A stretch of DNA of 58,588 nucleotides, taken from positions 1 through 58,588 of the forward strand of contig JAUHWN010000005.1 of assembly GCA_030424665.1 (NCBI GenBank), given 5' to 3'. The DNA comes from Bdellovibrionia bacterium (GTDB lineage: Bacteria > Bdellovibrionota > Bdellovibrionia > Bdellovibrionales > JAGQZY01). This document shows positions 34,703 to 43,702 of this stretch, piece after piece. How positions within the stretch are numbered: the first letter of the stretch is position 1; each line of letters opens with the position of its first letter. The notes beneath the pieces are model-generated. The model searched no databases. It saw only the letters and a list, made by a program, of their open reading frames with translations, and was not told the DNA's origin. A program made the position numbers and the translations under genes.

Positions 34703-35503
34703 CTATTTTTTCGCCAAATGACGATCAATAATTTTCTTAAACTCCGAAAGTGGGTAAGCACCCTTAAGAGAAACACCATTGATTAAATATCCAGGGGTTC
34801 CCGTAAAACCAAATTTATTGGCCTCTTGCTTATCTGCTTGGATCAACTCTTCGACAGAGTCTTTTTTAAGGTCCGCTTTCAACTTACTCATATTGATTCC
34901 ACCAATTTTCTTAACCCATCTATCCATTACGGCAGCGGCTTCGTCATCGGAACCAACCTGTAAATCTCTTTGCCCAGCAAAAGTCATATTTTTGAACTCA
35001 TATGCTTTTTCCGCGCTCTGCTTAGAGATCGCAATCATGTACATAGAAGCTAAACGAGCTCGAGGGTGAATCTGATCAATTGGAAAGTGCTTGAACACTA
35101 AACGAACTTTATCACCGTACTCTTGCATAATCTGATTTACTGTATCGCTTCCCTTGCGGCAGAACGGACACTGAAAATCAGAGTATTCAACGATTGTAAT
35201 AGGAGCGTCTTTGTTTCCTTTGATAGCACGATCCGCTTGAATCTCTGGCTTCTTAGGGTTGGCAAATTCTGCCTCACGCTTTTTAGACTCCTCCTCAACC
35301 ATTTTTTGTTCTTTTTGTTCGCGAGCCATTCGCGCTGCTTTGTTAACAGTTTCTAAAAATTGCTCGGGATTTTTCTCAATGGCAGAAAAGAGAATGTCTG
35401 GATTCTCTTCGATTACTTTTTTAATTTGTGCAGGATTGGGAGCACAGGCAACTGTCAGTAGGAATGAAAGCGCTAACACAGTTGTTAGGATAAGGTTCTT
35501 CAA
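34703..35503 (-). CDS. DsbA-family thioredoxin-fold lipoprotein (thiol:disulfide oxidoreductase)
   Basis: Lipobox LLTVAC/APN. CxxC active site YSDFQCPFCRKG. C-terminal GTPGYLING (cis-Pro loop context). Confidence 0.85.
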   Translation of the reverse strand: MKNLILTTVLALSFLLTVACAPNPAQIKKVIEENPDILFSAIEKNPEQFLETVNKAARMAREQKEQKMVEEESKKREAEFANPKKPEIQADRAIKGNKDAPITIVEYSDFQCPFCRKGSDTVNQIMQEYGDKVRLVFKHFPIDQIHPRARLASMYMIAISKQSAEKAYEFKNMTFAGQRDLQVGSDDEAAAVMDRWVKKIGGINMSKLKADLKKDSVEELIQADKQEANKFGFTGTPGYLINGVSLKGAYPLSEFKKIIDRHLAKK

Positions 35504-35704
35504 GGCTTGCCTCCGAATAATGGTAAATATTTCTAATAATTGACAAATAATAGCCCGATTCTCGCTATCGAGGCCAGGTTTTTAATAAGAATAATAGCAA
35601 AATTGGTGCATAGCGAGGGGGTATTTTGTAAAAAAAAGATTACATAGGCCTTTCACTTGTCTGTTCTTTCCCACCATGGTCTTTGGTCTCCAGTGAGGTG
35701 GGTT

Positions 35705-36349
35705 GTGAGAAAATACCTATTTATATTCCTATTTATGCAAACTAGTTTTGCTGCACAGGCGTCTATAAACTCGACATCTGACCAGCTGATTTCGGTGAAT
35801 GCTCATAAAATGCAGCGCGACCTAGATAAGTCCCTTGAAAAGATTCGCGACATCCGTCAAGAAACCTATTCGGATGGCTACAACGACGCAGAAAGTTTGG
35901 CTGTCGAAAGTGAAGGCAATGATCAATCTATTGAATTGCTCGAAGGGGAATTGACCAAGGTACTGGCACGACCCGATATCGATCATGCGCGAAACAATCT
36001 TTCTAACACTATTAGAAATGAACTTAAAAATTACTCCGCTTTCGAGCCCGTTCTTGCGCGAATCGCAGGTCGAGCCGTTGGAAAAGTCAAAAACCAGGGC
36101 CTCCCCTTGATCGAGAGAATCACAGCTCTTGAGATTCTAGATAATATCTTGGCCGAGTACCGCCCTGAATCTAAAACCAACGCAAAAGTTAAAACCATTT
36201 TTACGCAAATCTACAAGGCTGATATCCAAATCGATGAAGACTTGAAGGATCAACGTGCCCTCCTTTTAATGATCGAAAGAGCTTCGCCTTCAGAGAATGC
36301 ACGCATCATTCTCGGCCTCGAAAAGAAAAGTTCTGGGTGGTTTTGGTAG
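35705..36349 (+). CDS. Secreted hypothetical protein
   Basis: I prefer GTG 35705 (GAGG 6 nt upstream), which gives (M)RKYLFIFLFMQTSFAAQA/S. The track start is 35657. No family recognised. Confidence 0.5.
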   Translation: MRKYLFIFLFMQTSFAAQASINSTSDQLISVNAHKMQRDLDKSLEKIRDIRQETYSDGYNDAESLAVESEGNDQSIELLEGELTKVLARPDIDHARNNLSNTIRNELKNYSAFEPVLARIAGRAVGKVKNQGLPLIERITALEILDNILAEYRPESKTNAKVKTIFTQIYKADIQIDEDLKDQRALLLMIERASPSENARIILGLEKKSSGWFW

Positions 36350-36416
36350 TCAGGCCCATAGCCTAGCTGCCTCCATTTTTAGACTCAGCTAGGCCCTAAA
36401 GATTCCCGATAAGACA

Positions 36417-36917
36417 TTGATGAATTGGGAATCGAGACTGAACAGCCAGATGATAATTTTGACGGGCCTCATTGTAGCCGGTCTCTTCGTCATAAATGCC
36501 TTTTTCTTACTGACTCCCCCTAATACTCAAATGGAACAAAAGTTGAGCGAAAGAAAGCGAAGCCCCGCTGCGGTCGAAGGCCAAAAGAAAATTCTTGAAA
36601 GCCCTGGGAGCAAGAGGGTGACTCGAATCCAAGAATTTCAATTAAACTGCTTTGATAATACCGAGATCTTTGTAGAAAGAGCTATCCGCCAGATTCAACT
36701 GACCATAGGCCACTGCCAATCTGTACCCTCAGAAACACCGAGTATTCAGCTAGTGAATATTAACAACAACTTCACCGCTAGCATCTTTTCTCTCAGCCAG
36801 AATCGCTATAAGACGGATCTGATCCAACTGAAACCCGGGAACAATGAAATCGTTATTCGAAGTCAAACTCTCGATGGCAAGAAGTCATTATCTCGCCTCT
36901 TTGTAAAAAGAAAATAA
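36417..36917 (+). CDS. Membrane-anchored hypothetical protein
   Basis: TTG-ATG start pair. One TM helix MIILTGLIVAGLFVINAFFLL, then a beta-rich C-terminal region. No family recognised. Confidence 0.5.
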   Translation: MMNWESRLNSQMIILTGLIVAGLFVINAFFLLTPPNTQMEQKLSERKRSPAAVEGQKKILESPGSKRVTRIQEFQLNCFDNTEIFVERAIRQIQLTIGHCQSVPSETPSIQLVNINNNFTASIFSLSQNRYKTDLIQLKPGNNEIVIRSQTLDGKKSLSRLFVKRK

Positions 36918-37005
36918 AAAAAACCAGAGCCGGGGAGCTCTGGCTTCCGAGAAGAAAACTTCTCTGAACGTTGGTTTCGGGGGGGAGGGGGGTTGTTGCC
37001 TATAT
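36916..37005 (-). ncRNA. Candidate small RNA with a C-rich tract and a UCCCCG-loop intrinsic terminator
   Basis: Minus strand reads CCCCCCUCCCCCCC (36979-36992), then GAGAAG-UUUU-CUUCUC (36949-36964), then CCAGAGC-UCCCCG-GCUCUGG (36924-36943) followed by U8. No minus-strand CDS lies upstream. The 5' end is not determined. Confidence 0.35.
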
Positions 37006-37231
37006 GTAAGAGCAATCAAAGGACCAATTAGAATCCCTTTAGATTTGATTTGAAGTCAGTGCCAAAGCCTTTTGACAACTTTCGCCGGCACTTTGTCAGC
37101 TCACTTAACACCTGTCAGCACTCTCTAGATATGTAAAAACCCTTTACAATTTCAATGACCAAAGAGTCTCAACTCGGCCAAATTTGAATTCGTGCTTGAA
37201 AACTCGGCAGATTAATAGTGAAAAGAAATGG

Positions 37232-37744
37232 ATGAAAAAGCGAACTATCAAATACTATCCAGGAAAACTCAACCAAGTGGTCACCATGGGGGGAGCCACT
37301 ATTATATCGGTCTATCTCTTTTTCAATTATCTGGCTCTGAGTGAAAATGGCCTACTCGAGCCCTTGGAAATGACAAACTTGACGGCCTTTCTCGTGGGCG
37401 CTATGGCATGTATGTCTTTAGTGGCCTTTTATTACTTTATCTACTTCTTACTCGTGCGGCTAGAAACCGATCACAAAGGAATTTACGAGATTCACCCTCT
37501 TTTCGGTAAAAAGTCAGTCCTCTTCGCAGACATAAAGAAGTTTGCCGTCGTCTCTAATCGCGGACTCCACCACCGATTAAGAGTCATTGATTACGAAGGA
37601 AGGCGAATCAATTTGCTCTTTAATAGAGGCGCTCTTTACGAAGACCTTATCGAAAGTATGAAGAATTACGGCATCAAAGAATCCCAAGATGAGGGACGCC
37701 TCTTACCTCCACCCTACGCGGACGAACCCGAATCTTTAGTCTAA
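37232..37744 (+). CDS. Membrane hypothetical protein (two TM helices plus a small cytoplasmic domain)
   Basis: I prefer ATG 37232 (MKKRTIKYYPG). Helices VVTMGGATIISVYLFFNYL and LTAFLVGAMACMSLVAFYYFIYFLLV. No family recognised with confidence. Confidence 0.5.
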   Translation: MKKRTIKYYPGKLNQVVTMGGATIISVYLFFNYLALSENGLLEPLEMTNLTAFLVGAMACMSLVAFYYFIYFLLVRLETDHKGIYEIHPLFGKKSVLFADIKKFAVVSNRGLHHRLRVIDYEGRRINLLFNRGALYEDLIESMKNYGIKESQDEGRLLPPPYADEPESLV

Positions 37745-38556
37745 TAGCTCCAGCTGAGACCTGCCAAAATCAGCCTCTCGCGATCGCTATCACCGGTTCC
37801 ATTGGTGTAGGTGGATCCAGTCAATGAAGCCCCTAGGTTGGGCGCTATGCCCTGGCTCGCGGTAATCCGCCATATGCCATCGATATTCTTATAAAGTGTT
37901 TCTACGTAGGTTCTAGGGGCGACGCGCTTACCGAGGACGATAATTTCATCTTTGAGACCGTCTTCTCCGAATTCGAGAACAATTTTGGAATCGACCCAGG
38001 GGTTCTCGCCTTTGACCTCCAAATAATTACCACTCAAAGAGTACTTAGCTGAAAGTTTAAAGCTCTTCCCAACCTTAACATCAACTTTACTCACACGTTC
38101 TTTCAACTCGTAAACGGGCTTCATACTTGGACTATTTTTAAAGTAGTTGTCCGCATGGTATTCAACGACTCTTCGAACAACGTAGTCGCCAAATTTTCTT
38201 TCTTCGTCGACTTCTTCTTGAAAACTTCGCGAACGTCCCAGTTCATAACTGTAAAATGTGATGGGAGCCGGAAGGTTGTGAATCTGATCGATCGTCGAAA
38301 AGCCAAAGCGCTCTTCATAGCGATCGCGAAGTTCCTTCGTCAGCTTCGTATCGAAGATTACATCTTTAACGGGTCCATCTTTTCTTTCTGGATTGGGAAC
38401 GATGACCATTTCTTCCATGGCCTGGCCCTTTTCAGAGTAAACATCAAAGGTATAACCCTCGCGAGGACCATAAAAGTCCCCTGGCAGCCTTGTTCGAGCA
38501 GAAGCAAGCTGGGCGGTACCGATGAGAATGGCTAAGATGGGCACTAAAACTCTCAT
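37741..38556 (-). CDS. Secreted protein, possibly outer-membrane, hypothetical
   Basis: I prefer ATG 38556, which gives MRVLVPILAILIGTAQLASA/R. The C-terminus LILAGLSWSY ends in an aromatic residue. The track's 44-codon N-terminal extension has no signal peptide and covers a terminator-like hairpin on the other strand. Confidence 0.55.
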   Translation of the reverse strand: MRVLVPILAILIGTAQLASARTRLPGDFYGPREGYTFDVYSEKGQAMEEMVIVPNPERKDGPVKDVIFDTKLTKELRDRYEERFGFSTIDQIHNLPAPITFYSYELGRSRSFQEEVDEERKFGDYVVRRVVEYHADNYFKNSPSMKPVYELKERVSKVDVKVGKSFKLSAKYSLSGNYLEVKGENPWVDSKIVLEFGEDGLKDEIIVLGKRVAPRTYVETLYKNIDGIWRITASQGIAPNLGASLTGSTYTNGTGDSDRERLILAGLSWSY

Positions 38557-38669
38557 ACCTCTATTGTAATGCAAGGCACAGGCCTTGGAAAATATTTGTA
38601 AACACCTGAAATCACTTAATTTACAAATGTGAATTATTATTGCATTGTCTAAGGTATGGAGACTTTGCC

Positions 38670-38700
38670 ATGAGGTGTCCCACCTCATTTTTGCTGTTTT
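38670..38700 (+). terminator. Orphan intrinsic-terminator-like hairpin in the leader of the downstream gene (attenuator, or 3' end of a short RNA)
   Basis: ATGAGGTG-TCC-CACCTCAT (38670-38688) followed by TTTTGCTGTTTT. It lies 35 nt upstream of the TTG start at 38735. No plus-strand CDS lies upstream. Confidence 0.4.
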
Positions 38701-38734
38701 GGCGCTCCATACGTGTTAGCCAAGGAGAAACTTT

Positions 38735-39394
38735 TTGAATAATGTAAGTGGAATGATGGGATCGATAGAACATTTCGACTTAAAAGCTCGCAGTGACCTG
38801 CATATAGCGAGAAAAATCTGGCATGCTACCGGCATCTCAATCATGGTACTCGTCCATGCGACCCAGCCCATCGAGGTCAGCTGGCTCGCTTTGGGTCTTT
38901 TTGCGCTTCTTATTGTACCCGGCGATGTCATACGACAGTACAACTCAAAGGTCAACTTTTGGGCCCACAAACTCTTCGGACCCGTCATGCGAAAGTCTGA
39001 AAGTAAGAGAATCTCAGGCTCATCTTTTCTCGTCCTCGGAGCTGCTTTAAATCTTTTATTTTTTGAATCAGACATAATTAATATATCACTGTTATTTCTT
39101 GCCTTCGGCGACCCCATTGCCAGCTACTTTGGTATTCGCTTTGGCCGAGAAAAGCTCGCCAACGGAAAAACTCTGCAAGGCTTCTTAGCCGCACTCGTCG
39201 TCTGCTCGATCATTGTCGGTGTCTATTGCTATTCGACAAATATATTGGTCGACCGACTTTGGATTGTTATTCCTATTGGCGGAATAATTGGAGCCCTTTC
39301 GGAACTCATTACTATAAAGAACTTAGACGATAACCTCAGTTTTCCAGTGCTCAGTTCTTTAGGCCTGAGCCTTATGTTTTATCTCTTCTCCTAA
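38735..39394 (+). CDS. Polytopic membrane protein of the CTP-dependent polyprenol/diacylglycerol kinase (dolichol kinase / CdsA-related) superfamily
   Basis: FGDPIASYFGIRFGREKLANGKTLQGFLAALVV and GALSELITIKNLDDNLSFPV resemble the SEC59/phytol-kinase-type motifs (GD..A...G...G......KS.EGs ... DN...P). TTG start with GGAG 7 nt upstream. It lies directly upstream of pssA. Confidence 0.6.
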   Translation: MNNVSGMMGSIEHFDLKARSDLHIARKIWHATGISIMVLVHATQPIEVSWLALGLFALLIVPGDVIRQYNSKVNFWAHKLFGPVMRKSESKRISGSSFLVLGAALNLLFFESDIINISLLFLAFGDPIASYFGIRFGREKLANGKTLQGFLAALVVCSIIVGVYCYSTNILVDRLWIVIPIGGIIGALSELITIKNLDDNLSFPVLSSLGLSLMFYLFS

Positions 39395-39446
39395 GAGAGA
39401 GATTTTGCTTCGACTCGTGGGCTTTGATAGTCTTAAAGGATAGAGA

Positions 39447-40250
39447 ATGGAACCTATGGCCGAATCTAAACAAAATTTAAAACCCGTCGAGAAAGCGGGA
39501 AAACGTATTCGCGACAAAGTCGGAATTACGATCTATATTCTGCCGAACCTACTCACCACAGGAAACATGTTCTTTGGCTTTTTTGCCATAATTTACGCTA
39601 TCCGAGGAGAGTACCTCTGGGCCAGTTATGCGATTGTTTCAGCAGCCGTTTTTGATTTGCTCGATGGCCGAGTGGCTCGAATGACTCGCACGACGAGTGA
39701 TTTTGGCGCTCAATATGACTCCCTCAGTGACCTTGTCAGTTTTGGGATGGCTCCGGGCCTACTTCTCTACCTTTGGGCCTTGCAACCCTTTGGACGAATC
39801 GGCTGGCTCGCCAGCTTTGTCTATGTAGCTTGTGGTGCCTTGAGACTCGCGCGATTCAATGTCCAGCAGGCCACGGTCGAAAAGGCCTATTTTCAAGGGC
39901 TCCCGAGCCCTATGGCGGCTGGTATCGTCGCAAGTTCGGTCCTTGCCTTTACTGATCTCAAGCTCGAAGCCGGACGAAACTATATTCTTCTGGGCATGAC
40001 CCTCCTTCTGGCTTTTGTCATGGTCTCCAATTTTCGTTACCGCAGTTTTAAAGACATCGACTTTAAACGCAAAATGCCCTTCCACTTTCTCGTTCTTGGG
40101 GTCATCATCTTGATCGTCGTAGCGATCAGACCCGAGGTTATGCTTTTTGTACTATTTTTGAGTTATGCTGTACTTGGCGCGATTTTTGGATTACTTAGAT
40201 TAGGTCGACCCGTTCGACAAAAAATTCGCCGCGACAGTGATGAAGATTAA
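39447..40250 (+). CDS. pssA: CDP-diacylglycerol--serine O-phosphatidyltransferase (CDP-alcohol phosphatidyltransferase family)
   Basis: Family motif DLLDGRVARMTRTTSDFGAQYDSLSDLVSF (D-G-x2-A-R-x8-G-x3-D-x3-D), N-terminal LPNLLTTGNMFFG, and multiple TM helices. Confidence 0.9.
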   Translation: MEPMAESKQNLKPVEKAGKRIRDKVGITIYILPNLLTTGNMFFGFFAIIYAIRGEYLWASYAIVSAAVFDLLDGRVARMTRTTSDFGAQYDSLSDLVSFGMAPGLLLYLWALQPFGRIGWLASFVYVACGALRLARFNVQQATVEKAYFQGLPSPMAAGIVASSVLAFTDLKLEAGRNYILLGMTLLLAFVMVSNFRYRSFKDIDFKRKMPFHFLVLGVIILIVVAIRPEVMLFVLFLSYAVLGAIFGLLRLGRPVRQKIRRDSDED

Positions 40251-40362
40251 TTCTTAGCTCGAGTCCTCTAGAAGGCCCTATCAAAGCCTCAAACAAAGAC
40301 TGAGTCCATGAGCTCAAGGGCATCCACTTTGCTGATCAAGGCACTCAGTTGGAGCTTTTCCT

Positions 40363-41382
40363 ATGAAAGATTTAAAAATTGGTATTGTCGGTGCTACTGG
40401 AGTCGTTGGAGAAACTTTTGTTTATCTTCTTCAAGAATTCAATATTCCCGTCGCTGAACTTCGTCCTTTTGCCAGTGAAAGTTCGCTCGGTAAAAAAATC
40501 ACCTGTTTTGACGAGAAGTATCCCTGCCAAGTTTTAAAACCTGGCTGTTTTGAAGGTCTCGATGTGGTTTTCTTTTCTTCAGGTGACCCGATCAGTAAGG
40601 AATGGGCACCGCAAGCGGTTAAAGAAGGGGCCTTTGCTATCGACAATTCGGCGGCCTTTCGCATGGATGACAACACCCTTCTCTGTGTTCCCGAAGTCAA
40701 TGGCGATCAGCTTCCAAAGGCAGGTGATGCACCTGCAATTATAGCAAATCCTAATTGCTCAACCATTCAATTGGTTGTAGCACTGAAACCATTGGCCGAA
40801 AAATATGGCCTTAAAAGTGTTCGCGTAGCCAGCTACCAATCAGTGAGTGGCGCTGGAAGAGACGGTCTTGACGATCTCCTCGAACAATCAATGCAAGTCC
40901 TCAACGGTAAAGAAGTTACGGCTGGTAAAACTTTCGATCAACAAATTGCTTTTAACGCCATCCCTCAAATCGGTGGCCTTAGAGATGACGGCTTTTGCTC
41001 GGAAGAGTTTAAAATCATGAATGAGTCGAAAAAGATTCTCTCGCTCCCCGACTTACCGATCTCAGCCTTTACAGTGAGAATCCCATCAATTAACGGGCAC
41101 TCCGAAGCTGTTTGGTTTGAGCTCAATCAAAGTGTGGCAACTGAGGACATCGCAAATCTTTTACAATCCTCAAACGGCATTGAAGTGGTCTCCGAAAAAG
41201 ATCCGCAAAAGTACCCGATGAATGTCACGGCATCTGGCCAGAACCCAGTTTATATCGGTAAGTTACGTCAAGATCCCGCTTTTGATAATTCATTCCAGAT
41301 GTGGGTGGTTGCCGATAATTTGCGAAAAGGTGCGGCCCTGAATGGTTTGCAAATAGCTCAAGCTATTTTTGACAGGCTTTAG
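40363..41382 (+). CDS. asd: Aspartate-semialdehyde dehydrogenase
   Basis: IGIVGATGVVGE Rossmann motif, active-site Cys context ANPNCSTIQ, and SYQSVSGAG. Confidence 0.95.
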   Translation: MKDLKIGIVGATGVVGETFVYLLQEFNIPVAELRPFASESSLGKKITCFDEKYPCQVLKPGCFEGLDVVFFSSGDPISKEWAPQAVKEGAFAIDNSAAFRMDDNTLLCVPEVNGDQLPKAGDAPAIIANPNCSTIQLVVALKPLAEKYGLKSVRVASYQSVSGAGRDGLDDLLEQSMQVLNGKEVTAGKTFDQQIAFNAIPQIGGLRDDGFCSEEFKIMNESKKILSLPDLPISAFTVRIPSINGHSEAVWFELNQSVATEDIANLLQSSNGIEVVSEKDPQKYPMNVTASGQNPVYIGKLRQDPAFDNSFQMWVVADNLRKGAALNGLQIAQAIFDRL

Positions 41383-41425
41383 AATTTCATGAGAAAATCT
41401 TCAGAGTTAGGACCGGGAGGCCACT

Positions 41426-43702
41426 CTGAAGCTAATCCTTAGCAAAATTATATTACTTCTTTTGCTCATACCTTTGTCTAGTGGTGCGACTGTTACCGTA
41501 TCCGATGTCGATGGCGCTTCTGCAACTCTTGGTGTTAATTCTGCCGATGACGAAGACTCGGTAATCATCTTTGGCGGAACAGCGGGAGACGATGACGTCG
41601 GTGGTTGCGTCGATAAAGACAATAACAATACCTGTAACAACTGTATCGACGGAACTTTAGCTGGCACCGTTCGCGATATGAATGCCTGTAATCGCACGCG
41701 AATTTATGACGGTTTGATTTTAGATATTCGACTCAGTTCTGATTCTAAAACGGGTGATGTCATTATTACTTCCTCTGATGGCACCACTAAATTAACAAGT
41801 GTCAATAATCCGTTTCTTAGTTCAGCCGGCAATTCAGTAACACTCAGTATTCGGTGGCTTACTATTTGCTCAGCTATGACACTAACGAGTTGTGAGGATT
41901 CTGGAACTGCGAGCTTTCGAATCGGGGTTGATACCGATAACGATGATCAGCTCGACTCTAGCGACGATGATTTCATTTCTATTAGTGTTCGCGTGCAAAA
42001 AGACATCGGTCAACAGGCCGGTAGTGAGATCAGTGAACATTCCGATTGCACGACGGCAGCTACGAGCGCCGGACTTTGTAATTTTTCAGTCGTACCCGGT
42101 GACGGAAAGGTTTTTATTCGTGATCTTGAGGCTCCCGACGGCTTCCCTGCTACGAGCAATAACATTACTTTCAATCGAATTTTATTCTTGTGTACGGATG
42201 GCAACACTACTTTTGATGTAGCGGCCTTCGATAATATCACGCCACTTTCGGTTTGTGGAGAGCTCGAAATCGAGGAAGAATCCAACGGCTCCTTTGTTCT
42301 TTCAAGTGAAGTCATCGAGGGATTAGAAAATAATCGAGCTTACTATTTTAAAATCGCTTCCGTCGATCAAGCGGGAAACATCGGCTATTTTACTCCGGGC
42401 GATCGAAGCCTCGATACGACTTGTATTGATGGTGGAACAACCTGCCACTTTGCCATTCCCGGCGAAGTTTTAGGAGTACTCACCGGCGACAATGCTTGCT
42501 TTATCTCAACCGCTGCTTTTGGCAGCTCAATGCACTCAAAAGTTAATAGTTTTAGAAAATTCCGCGATCGTTTTATGTTAACCAATCGACTTGGCAGCAT
42601 CCTAGTCGACTATTATTACCAAAAAGGCCCTCGGGCAGCACGGTTTATCGGCGCAAGCTCTTTTAGAAAGTCATTAGCTCGCACAATACTTTGGCCGGCC
42701 TGGCTTTTTGCCGAAATGAGTCTTCAATATGGTTTACTCACGGCCATCTTCTTTGCACTTTCACTCCTAATCATTGGCCTCGCTATGCTCAAAATCCTTT
42801 TTAAAAAACTCCGTAAGCGCCACGCACAAATCATTGCCCTTATTTTCATCGTTAGCTTTAGCCCTGCGATCAAAGCTCAAGGTTACGAGGACGATTCCGT
42901 TGATCGAAGTTTGGCTTTGACAAATGCCGAAGCTGACGAGTCTTCAGAGCCTATTCAAAAGGAACCTCCCTACCCCAACAGCCAAGAGCGCGAGTACGAA
43001 ATCACTGAGAAGATGAACAATAAAAAGGGTAAAAAACCTTTAAGCCTCACTCCCGTCGTAAAGGCCGATGGTAGTTATCAATACGAAATAGAAGAGTCCC
43101 CACTTGAAGGCTCTTTCGCATTTCATGTCGGTATTTTTGGCCCTCTCGATATCACAAATCCTGTCAATGGATTCACCTTCGAAGACATTTATGGTGAACA
43201 ACCGGGACCGGTTTTATTTTTTGATTACGATTGGAATTTGTTTCGCGGCCTAGGTCATTTAAATTTACGCTTCACTTCTGGGGCCTATATTGCCCAAGGA
43301 AAGGGGCGATTCGCGGACCCCACTCGAGCTGACGAAGAACCGCTCGAGCAATTTACTTTTGTCCTCTTGCCCAACTCTCTGACCGTTCAATACAAATTTC
43401 AATACTCTGACACCCAGTTTTTTGTACCCTATATTGAGGGTGGAGCTGGCTATTTTACCTTTGCAGAATTTAGGGACGACAACGTCGGACCCAAGTTTGG
43501 TGCTTCGGCAGTGACGATTGCTGGCGGTGGCCTACAAATCCTCCTCGACGGCATCGAGCCTCGATATGCAGCCCAGTTAGATCGCCACTACGGCGTCAAC
43601 CACACCTGGTTTCTCGCCGAATTCAAGGCGATCGTCGGCCTCGATAACGAATTCGACTTCACATCCGCCCTTATTAACATCGGCTTCCTCGTCGAATACT
43701 AG
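41426..43702 (+). CDS. Large secreted composite protein (N-terminal extracellular region, CFI-box-like motif, TM segments, C-terminal beta-barrel-like domain)
   Basis: The frame is open from 41411. GGGAGG (41415-41420) lies 5 nt before an in-frame CTG at 41426, giving (M)KLILSKIILLLLLIPLSSGA, a signal peptide. The track's TTG at 41462 truncates it. Mid-protein motif NACFISTAAFGSSMHSKVNSFRKFRDRFMLTNRLGSILVDYYYQKGP, then hydrophobic helices. The roughly 270 aa C-terminal region ends INIGFLVEY (aromatic terminus). Confidence 0.7.
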   Translation: MKLILSKIILLLLLIPLSSGATVTVSDVDGASATLGVNSADDEDSVIIFGGTAGDDDVGGCVDKDNNNTCNNCIDGTLAGTVRDMNACNRTRIYDGLILDIRLSSDSKTGDVIITSSDGTTKLTSVNNPFLSSAGNSVTLSIRWLTICSAMTLTSCEDSGTASFRIGVDTDNDDQLDSSDDDFISISVRVQKDIGQQAGSEISEHSDCTTAATSAGLCNFSVVPGDGKVFIRDLEAPDGFPATSNNITFNRILFLCTDGNTTFDVAAFDNITPLSVCGELEIEEESNGSFVLSSEVIEGLENNRAYYFKIASVDQAGNIGYFTPGDRSLDTTCIDGGTTCHFAIPGEVLGVLTGDNACFISTAAFGSSMHSKVNSFRKFRDRFMLTNRLGSILVDYYYQKGPRAARFIGASSFRKSLARTILWPAWLFAEMSLQYGLLTAIFFALSLLIIGLAMLKILFKKLRKRHAQIIALIFIVSFSPAIKAQGYEDDSVDRSLALTNAEADESSEPIQKEPPYPNSQEREYEITEKMNNKKGKKPLSLTPVVKADGSYQYEIEESPLEGSFAFHVGIFGPLDITNPVNGFTFEDIYGEQPGPVLFFDYDWNLFRGLGHLNLRFTSGAYIAQGKGRFADPTRADEEPLEQFTFVLLPNSLTVQYKFQYSDTQFFVPYIEGGAGYFTFAEFRDDNVGPKFGASAVTIAGGGLQILLDGIEPRYAAQLDRHYGVNHTWFLAEFKAIVGLDNEFDFTSALINIGFLVEY

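Noticed and set aside
38557-39117. The 44-codon N-terminal extension of ORF 37741..38688, and the minus-strand ORF 38716..39117.
   Set aside because: The internal Met at 38556 begins a clean signal peptide. The 38716..39117 ORF is antisense to the plus-strand polytopic membrane protein, which has recognisable kinase-family motifs and a GGAG Shine-Dalgarno.
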